A stretch of DNA of 38,036 nucleotides from Trichomonas gallinae (Eukaryota). Position 1 is the stretch's first letter. Each line of letters begins with the position of its first letter. Positions 32,501-38,036 of this stretch are shown piece by piece. The position numbers were made by a program, and so were the translations under genes. The notes beneath the pieces are model-generated. The model had not been told where the DNA came from. It saw only the letters and a program-made list of their open reading frames with translations, and made no database searches. The stretch lies in NCBI GenBank assembly GCA_008369845.1, contig MRSU01010985.1:1-38036 (forward strand), in the 5' to 3' direction.

Positions 32501-33427
32501 CTTGTCTCCTTCATAGAAAACATAGTCACTCGAGTTCTTTAATTTGATAAATTCTGGAATTTCGAAATTTAATGAATATTTTGATGGATATTTGATGATT
32601 TGCTGGCAAATGATAACAGGTAAGGTAATAAAATGATCAATTTGACTGGTTTGCGTTAATGTTTGCGAAATTTGAGAATATAAATCGATACAAGGTAGAT
32701 AAAGATTTGATGAGCATAATTCAAGTATTTTCACGAGTTTTGGTTGCTCAAGTATTTCATCGTATGTAATTTTTTGTATTTTATTGTATTCTAAAAGAAA
32801 ATCAATAATTTTTTCAGAAATTTCCAACGAAAGATCATCAGGAATGTGATCGTAAATTGTATTTAGCATATTTTTGTTATCATTCACGATGGTTATGTGG
32901 TTTTTAAGGCAGGAAAAAGAGGCGATAGTTGATTCACTTGTCCAAATCAAGTTTGTAGAACCCAAAACGCGCCTGAAAACTTCTTTTGATATAATTTGCA
33001 CGTGGTTTTCGAAATCAGTTGTATGCAATGCGCATAAAGTTTCCATTATTGTAGTGTGAATTTTGTCGTCGATTTGAATTTCCGTATTAATTAAAAAAGA
33101 AATGATATTCAATAATGATGCGACAATAAATAATGTGGATTGTTTCGCTTGAGAAAGTAAAAGATTCATTAATATAATTTCTGATTCGAGATTCCACGAT
33201 GTTTTTTCTTTTAACGATGACAAACTATCTGCAATACTTTGTCCTGCAACCAGTGTCATGTCTAAAGCGAATATTCTTGTTTTATCTAGTGTAGGAAATT
33301 GAAACAATTGATCAATATCAAGATTTTTCGAGTATTCATCGATTAAACTGGTTTTATTGGCCCACAACAGCAATAATTCTGATATCGGGTGATGCTGTGT
33401 CTGAAAAAATGCACGAATAAAATCCAT
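26564..33427 (-). CDS. Giant Beige/BEACH-family-like protein (helical repeats, ConA-like domain, PH-like, vestigial BEACH, WD40-like), 2287 aa
   Basis: SP.NCVACHDGGLD..LL; ConA-like FSFSFYIKID..LPSNKWILVTF; ILNAEIWSRA; PH-like RTEIP..V..V.TR...RLEIFS...SFLLEF; C-terminal beta-rich region. Confidence 0.75.
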   Translation of the reverse strand: MDFIRAFFQTQHHPISELLLLWANKTSLIDEYSKNLDIDQLFQFPTLDKTRIFALDMTLVAGQSIADSLSSLKEKTSWNLESEIILMNLLLSQAKQSTLFIVASLLNIISFLINTEIQIDDKIHTTIMETLCALHTTDFENHVQIISKEVFRRVLGSTNLIWTSESTIASFSCLKNHITIVNDNKNMLNTIYDHIPDDLSLEISEKIIDFLLEYNKIQKITYDEILEQPKLVKILELCSSNLYLPCIDLYSQISQTLTQTSQIDHFITLPVIICQQIIKYPSKYSLNFEIPEFIKLKNSSDYVFYEGDKPFFENGFNYTKTKTLLDIEPLQNFIDENLWTLLLDITNLIEEAHISCIRIFLESFATLISTQKSDSFIPCYSFFLYCVSHFSRISSIKDYYFAIFHPLIFNQSLSIFSYIPDFIDTLRSHVFEVVLTTDPASITSLIKSTQNSELLTAECLARILSHIPQVDFKIFSAEPVLRNLAGSLKNLQFLRRVHPNEFIKAYMSCLSFISKLLSEKQIAELCFTNATFSRNLFGLIYDEDIAEQIIVCICDYLGTNSEIASTYFIINVFESISSTKKSQMGEFFIDQIQRSIERNNSCVLIVDDWIDSMLDFSISNPSQKTLSSCLRIILMLVRQHNSPYKFSAKRLIKIVNSIQLNEGDEPSESVISLLWGIAAQTKSVFTDSMFLIRCSSIIVPIFATMSKFNCQKFLERIKELCFHSPSNCVACHDGGLDLCLLDFLLQGEVNHRGLKFTPNISESEIDSTVFPLIFTILQEKSSKAESSRIIDLIIKGNIKMAEYLNMHISQMTNSMKPTFKLCSTESIYKHQGFNPQKLNFSFSFSFYIKIDQSISSLMQPITIFSINSKSTQLSLILNHTSLFFNCNSNIKYSYQCSAALPSNKWILVTFAARKISQTMMAWGLYANTNSSMMSESGNVLSFDNDAVFELGQVADINPALIGRFGFTYDVLTVDNIINILADVDAFKNPKFLFSHTINSANLFVNNSSLDKSIGLGGHLQRLFSMFNKLDDKIGEHVIGIAKLAFSASVLSQRSFKSFAYAAGSLENIDTKRLTYQLYLALFSIGDVITDEKLQEDFIDFIILNAEIWSRATTSTFMRICNHWSHTVLSQYSTLIQRPGFFQRMIKSFSKLFINFEESPAQIYAADSPLLTPTNSPLKSLNDSPIIAKTNESPQKQNTNRESIPSLSESPQKQNQDENSSLSKLIPSDDNSDSNDSPLKPDSNENSNQNEENTSFKPNQDNILMTPKANEYSPQESNENLVSTPKAEGNSLSTPKIDENLQQNSETIPQSLTARPRFRENTKIVRANSVNITGISSVKTSESLERFDDDTMRIRSSFAILLMNSPITSKTEAEFILSLVSFNNPAIRDLLRIVAIHAKEIMKYEITKPKAPECLLDIIRYTDDIETITDTVLTMVYLSPSHISLIAASELVAQKPIAKDVLNTLAPKLPNLSGLAEFLCALSLACAPDSVKEDQVSMQTLVDASPQRKISVGEKIMNKLRIGRSRKVSDVTGSPRRLSFLAAGDTTTMNEVANLYCASFKAMVDVENKEILFAKGGAWPFLPLAMLPRISDIVVVPLISAVAFIISQCENPTQELNDAILTIKIIEFVSQKDLSRHACSLVQQCAKYADSFSATCALFIRALPNNSSLDSLFDDSPFKNEAQNSRSTTIIRNISDLKFKGLFNCTIGAALTETRDIYGELSSLCEGVFSNLAKEISLGSSQIVIPEELSHNFLMKTSQKVSLLMERIDAFNSESQQYLLLSEFGEAQIKKLAVSIQHRLSSKILVDYSVMDDFVDNSLPLLTSSKHKSRKFVVGHSIPHLFAYDRIDQQYCVSSKALFSPPNLPQKFSTPCLLLSGEEKFAAFFITGTDSIIIQQEEFGRTEIPRQSVKLVLTRQPNRLEIFSKSESFLLEFSEMIITQALDAIMEFCPSIDVPPHILMQKMVDDSPDEFESYIVVTFFQGQSIHSGNLSILGQPIEKYSGISLKPSIEEIKNAMILRNNILNKQFSGSGPVSHMMNENNISFCRVFQDNAYLMSDHRIVKFHINSHLKEVIEENCNYEQFYVLNNEIFDANFGEYMQCLFFDNSNILVLMNETNLLISHENMQLSLHSMISLNDRVVCASFCSRTAAVSIGLSSCTAILVSTDGKEIFCRADCAKEPRTVFSTEIFSFLCVDTGDEFIAFNHDSSVVFSMKFDTCVCTTFSCNSTDFALLCDSGRVVAVDIVNQRVIDIARERNVVALAFNASRSCIIVINKTGLIHEVPFLPTIM

Positions 33428-33842
33428 TTTTTAATTTTCAAATGATAATCTTCAAAAGTGACAAAATTATCGCGAAAAGTGACGATATTCACTTCACTGT
33501 CAAATTCACATCTGACAATTGACACTTTACATCGTCAAAATTAGTTGACATGAGTGTCACTTTTCATTTTTAAAAAATATTTTTAGGACGAGAGATAAAT
33601 AGCGAAAAATAAAGCGCCTCCTGGACTTCATCTCGCCCCTTTTCGCGAATAACCATTCCACCAAGCTAACTCTTCTTTAAAATTTCGAAAAAATCTTCAT
33701 ATATATGATTCTTCATGAGATTGTTGATAAAAAAATTGTTTATTTTCGAAAAAAATCAACGAAAATAGATGATTAAGTCCGAAATATGATTGAATTGAGG
33801 TTCAAAATATCGAAACACGCTATTTCGAATTTTTTATATTCA

Positions 33843-34974
33843 ATGGGTTGCAGTCATTCGCAACCTTTGTCTAAAGTCAAGAATGTTGAACTTGTCTCGG
33901 ACAAAAAGAAGAAAGTATCGAAACAAAAGTGCAAAAAATGCAAAGAAAAAGAAACTCAAGAATGTAACTCAGAAAATTATCAAGTATGTACAGCACCAAA
34001 CAACATCTGCCAACTCGAAAAGGAAAAATCTCGCCCTTACTTCTCTTTTAATGCATTTTTTTACGAAAAACCAAATCCGCAAATTTTCGATTGGTTAATT
34101 TTGCAAGAACTATGCAATGGAACAACTTCACAGATATACCTCGTTAGAAATGTTGAAAATCAGTTCGTTTGCGTAGCTAAAGTTTACAATAATTCTATTT
34201 TATATCGACAACCACTTGGAAATGAATTATCACCAATCGATTTATTTAACAAAGAGATAGATGTAATGTGTCAACTCACGCATTCTCATATTAGGTCTTA
34301 TCACGAATGAGTCGATGACCAAATGACGAATTCTAAGATTCTAATTCTCCCTTATGCCGCTTTGGGCAACCTTAAGACAGCGATAAGTAACAATATGATA
34401 TCATATGATAATTTATTAGTCTGCTTTTATCAGATTTGCCGTACATTAAGTTATATGCATTCTAATGATATAGTGCATAGAGATATATGCCCAGAAAACA
34501 TCTTAGTATTTACAGAAAATTATTTCGTTTTAACTCACTTCAAATCTGCGTGTAAATATAGTAATCTAGACTTTACGAAGATTTACGGGCAGTTTAGATA
34601 CCTTTCACCTGAAGAGTTAAATGAAAAAACCTATGATTTGGAAATACGGAATTACGTTTTATTGCTCATTTTTTCGTAAGAAGCCTTTTGACCTGGATAT
34701 TATCCAGATCGATGACAAGGCGAATAAGTACGAAAAACTTTATTCTCATTTAATGTCGAAGCAACTAGAAATTCCGAATGTAGAGGCAATACCCAGTGCA
34801 TTAAATGATCTCCTTGAGCGTATTTTAAGCAAAGATCCGAATTGTCGTCCAAGTTTTGAAGAAATTATGGAAAATGAGATCTTTAATGAAGCAAGAAAGC
34901 TTAAACTCGCTGAAAGTACTGATTTAATTTCGGAGAGTCCATCAATGAATATAACACCAATTGGTGTCAATTAA
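33843..34974 (+). pseudogene. Disrupted CAMK/CaMKK-like kinase with N-terminal MGC lipidation motif
   Basis: Three ORF pieces join into one kinase. There is an in-frame TGA at 34308-34310 (SYHE*VDDQMTNSKILILPYA) and a frameshift near 34635-34640 (TYD | IWKYGITFY). Catalytic motifs are degenerate (HRDICPEN; HFK for DFG). Confidence 0.82.
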
Positions 34975-35159
34975 TAATATTTTGCGTTTTATTGTTAGTT
35001 TGTATTTAAATATAAGTATGTATTTATTCAATTCATTCTCTTTCATATAATGTTTAATCTATAATTTCGATATTTTTCAATATGATAGTTATAATAATAA
35101 TTCATATTATTTTAAAAATATCTTGGTGATTTGTTAGCATAGTAATAAACAAAAACAAT

Positions 35160-35861
35160 TTATTCGGGAATAACATCAATATTTTCATCAATTCTAAGAT
35201 CTTCGAGTGGAACAAGCGGCCTTTCGACAGTGAATATGGCTTCAAATATAAATTGTGTCTTTGATCCATCAATATTTACAAAATGAAGTGGAATTGTTAG
35301 AGATGATGAAAAACTGAGCTGGTTCAAAGGAGCTGTAGCAAGAGCAACCAATTGTTCCTTCTTATTACCCATAACATTAGAGATTCGCATTAAATCAAAT
35401 TCCATATCGCCGCCAGTCACCATTCTAACAGTGCTTTCAACAGCAGGTCCAAAGTCGAATTTATGCACGTAATTCATCTTTTGATTTCTTTCTTTAACAA
35501 GTTTTGTAGATACGCAGTCTCCCATTGGAGGCTTCACAACAATCTTATGATTTAGAGGAAGTGGATGTGATCTTTCTTTTTGCCTCAATTCTAACTTAAC
35601 TTCAGCAGGATAAGAATCTGGATCATCAACCATATCGACTTTAATATGAAAACGTTTAAGATCTGATAACGATGCTGTTTTTTGTGTTAAAGCGGCGATG
35701 GTATTTGAAATAGCGTTGACAGCAGAACGAAGCATTTCAACTTGCGACTGATCTTCAAGCGCATTGCAGCGAATAATAGCATCCATGTACTTTTTCTTTG
35801 TTGCTTTGATCTTTTTCAAAAATAGTTTCACCATTTTTTCTTCAGGAACTTCTACACTCAT
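35160..35861 (-). CDS. Helical N-terminus plus C2-like domain protein (CC2D1/Lgd-type C2, tentative), 233 aa
   Basis: Beta pattern STKLVK...MNYVHKFDF, MEFDL, LVALATAPL..L and FEAIFTVERPL resembles the CC2D1 C2 domain. CDS is certain; the family call is less so. Confidence 0.6.
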   Translation of the reverse strand: MSVEVPEEKMVKLFLKKIKATKKKYMDAIIRCNALEDQSQVEMLRSAVNAISNTIAALTQKTASLSDLKRFHIKVDMVDDPDSYPAEVKLELRQKERSHPLPLNHKIVVKPPMGDCVSTKLVKERNQKMNYVHKFDFGPAVESTVRMVTGGDMEFDLMRISNVMGNKKEQLVALATAPLNQLSFSSSLTIPLHFVNIDGSKTQFIFEAIFTVERPLVPLEDLRIDENIDVIPE

Positions 35862-36185
35862 CGCAAAAAAATATAACCTTAATTCGATAAATTCTCGTCC
35901 GTTTATGGTTACTTAAAATCTGACATGTAAAGCAAAAAATTGACATCTGCTTTTCTATCTATTATAATGTGAATATATGGAGTATTTCCATATACTTTTA
36001 CTGTTGAAAAACAGTAGAAATATCAATACGCTGAATATAATATCATATTATTGCATAATCAAATCAATATGAGATTATATTTTAGAAATCAATTGTTGAT
36101 TTCCATTATATAACATTGAGTTTACATTGCTCTGGTAAATTAATGTAGTATATGAAATAGAAGATAGATAAAATTTACAAACAAA

Positions 36186-37115
36186 TTAATCTTCAGAACC
36201 CATTGATTCGAATGAATGAATTCCGGTATTATTGACATTAGATGACACTGCTTCTGCAGCAGAAAGCAATAAATCATCTTCCGAATCAATAAAGATGCAT
36301 TGTTTTCCTATCAAAACTAAGGATGATAGTACAAGTAAAATAAGAATAATGACAACTGCGATAGCTACGGCACCGGAATACCAATTTTTGCTTTCATCGC
36401 AAATTGGAGGAACGTAATCTGGTATATAAAAACCAAACTCTGGTCTCCTTGGTGGATCTCCTGTGCTGGATATCTTAATTTTAGCCCATCTTGGTGGATT
36501 TTCATCATCAGCAACTAATCGGAAGAATAATGGTCGATTCCAGTCGGTGTGTAGATGCAAAGAGCTATTTCCTGATATAGATTGAAAGTTTGTAAAGTTG
36601 TAATACACGTAAAGCTGATCTTCGTGATCATCTGATTCCATTTCCAAAGAGATATCAATCTCGCCTTTAGTTGCCCAAACCATGCATTTGTCATCGAATA
36701 TTTGCAGCTTCTTGAATCCTGTTTCATCTTGAGATAAATTAATTTCATCAGTTAATCTGTTCGAGAAATATATTCCATTAGAGCAGGTACCAGGAAAAGA
36801 AATTGTTGTAAACGATACGTCGCATCCTGTTGGCGTTTTGATCATCACGGTCGAGTTAATTAATTCAATTTTTTGATAGAAATTTAAAAATCGCAATAAC
36901 GATGATTGATCTCCATTTTCTCCATCTATGCTTTCGTAATAAATTGTATCATCACCAAAATTACTGAATATGATGTAAGTTGGATAATATAATGGTTTTA
37001 TACAGATAGTTTCATCATCTTTGTTCTCAATTTTATACTCCTTGGTTCCAATCGGTGTCTCTCTGAAATGTGTGCATTCATTCAACGAAAAAGCTATTAA
37101 AAATAAAGCATTCAT
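36186..37115 (-). CDS. Type I membrane/surface protein with CUB-like ectodomain, 309 aa
   Basis: Short hydrophobic N-terminal signal (MNALFLIAFS), Cys-containing beta-rich ectodomain (DQLYVY..SISGN..FFRLVAD), one TM (AVAIAVVIILILLVLSSLVLI) and an acidic cytoplasmic tail. Confidence 0.82.
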   Translation of the reverse strand: MNALFLIAFSLNECTHFRETPIGTKEYKIENKDDETICIKPLYYPTYIIFSNFGDDTIYYESIDGENGDQSSLLRFLNFYQKIELINSTVMIKTPTGCDVSFTTISFPGTCSNGIYFSNRLTDEINLSQDETGFKKLQIFDDKCMVWATKGEIDISLEMESDDHEDQLYVYYNFTNFQSISGNSSLHLHTDWNRPLFFRLVADDENPPRWAKIKISSTGDPPRRPEFGFYIPDYVPPICDESKNWYSGAVAIAVVIILILLVLSSLVLIGKQCIFIDSEDDLLLSAAEAVSSNVNNTGIHSFESMGSED

Positions 37116-37146
37116 AAAATTATTGTCACGTTTATCGTCACTTCAG

Positions 37147-37248
37147 TTATTTGACACTTTACATTTCTAATATTTGTCATTTTAATTATGAATTTTTGTT
37201 ATTTGACACTTTACGTTATTTAAATTTGTCATTATATTTATAAATTTC
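37147..37248. repeat. 2 x 52 bp tandem repeat upstream of the surface-protein gene
   Basis: TTATTTGACACTTTAC...ATTTGTCATT...AATTT at about 37147 and 37199. Confidence 0.85.
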
Positions 37249-37957
37249 AAAGTAACGAAAAGAGTGTAATACAAGACATTACATTCATCCTCTGCATGTT
37301 TTTTTTTATTCTATTCTGCTTTTGATTAAATAACATTATTACTAAAGTCACTAATAGAAGTTAAAATATGAATGGTACTATCACTTTATTGTAATTTATT
37401 TGCTTTCACAAAAGCATTGTTAGAGATTTGATGCGATTTGATTTAATGATTCATGTCAAATGTAATATATATGTATGTAAGTTGGAAATGCTGTATGCAC
37501 TTTGCAGACATGTATTGCTGCTGCTGTTTAGATTTATCTTTTTATTATCTAGCGAGTATTTTACTTTTAATTCTATAACTGCATTGTAATCGACTTATTA
37601 TGGTGAAATTTAATGTTATTGAATGATTTTATGAAACGGAAAAAATTCAATTTGAAATTACAATAATGTTCAGTTTCTTTTATATATTATGCTCCAGATA
37701 AGTGTATGTATTAATAATATATTATTGTTAAAAATAGTAATATTATGATCGAAAATGTAAGGAAAACGGTTTTTTGCACTTTTTTTCACAAACCATATTA
37801 GGCTCACATTCATATAAATAGTAAAATTATTCAAAATAAATTTTGTGTCACCTTTGATTTTTGAGCTTCACATTTTTCATATATTACCCATTGACTTTTG
37901 TCTTGAAAAGCATTAAGATCAATTATTCTTTTTATTGGATTATGTCAACCATTGCAC

Positions 37958-38036
37958 TAGGGATGTGCGAACTGGCCGTTTAGTGATGGATTCGCTGATT
38001 TTGGATTCGGGGTTCGCTCGCGAAAAGTGACGCGAT
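37958..38036 (+). mobile_element. Left terminus of a probable hAT-superfamily DNA transposon/MITE, running off the window
   Basis: Abrupt AT-to-GC shift starting TAGGGATGTGCGAAC; TAGGGATG termini are typical of hAT elements. Subterminal GGATTCG/GTTCG repeats follow. Candidate 8-bp TSD CATTGCAC at 37950-37957. The partner end is not visible. Confidence 0.6.

Noticed and set aside
33586..33650. GC-rich patch with partial hairpin, tRNA-like in size
   Set aside because: No cloverleaf or T-loop/B-box; more likely part of the bidirectional promoter.
34308..34310. TGA reassignment or selenocysteine in the kinase
   Set aside because: TGA ends several intact genes here (E2F, IBD, HMG, SCAMP), the position is a hydrophobic site, and a second frameshift lesion exists.
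22873..37115. Functional membrane-trafficking gene cluster (7TM, FTase, SCAMP, BEACH-like, C2)
   Set aside because: Trafficking families are hugely expanded in trichomonads, so adjacency is unremarkable without synteny data.
1..38036. Spliceosomal introns
   Set aside because: No trichomonad-type ACTAACACACAG 3' motif noticed on either strand by eye, and the genes read as single ORFs.

Overview
AT-rich, intron-free, gene-dense eukaryotic DNA, almost certainly from a trichomonad (Parabasalia, Trichomonas-like). The evidence is a full-length IBP39 homologue, a second initiator-binding-domain (IBD) gene and repeated AAAGTGAC promoter motifs. There are about 19 intact genes: a Naa10 acetyltransferase, a CAMK-group kinase, a Tousled-like kinase, a BTB-F5/8C protein, a DEDDy exonuclease, syntaxin-16, IBP39-like, E2F, IBD, HMG-box, a 7TM protein, FTase/GGTase-I alpha, SCAMP, a BEACH-family giant, a C2 protein, a type I surface protein and three low-complexity hypotheticals. 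There is also a partial gene at the left edge, a doubly disrupted kinase pseudogene and the left end of a probable hAT-type transposon at the right edge. The most notable observations are: four consecutive transcription-factor genes (13.9-20.4 kb); an IBP39 paralogue with an altered recognition helix; an IBD gene that may start at a non-AUG codon; a BEACH-family protein whose BEACH domain is largely collapsed; and a recurring TGAC-n-TGTAAA upstream motif amplified by local tandem duplication. Family assignments come from motif recognition by eye; no database searches were run.
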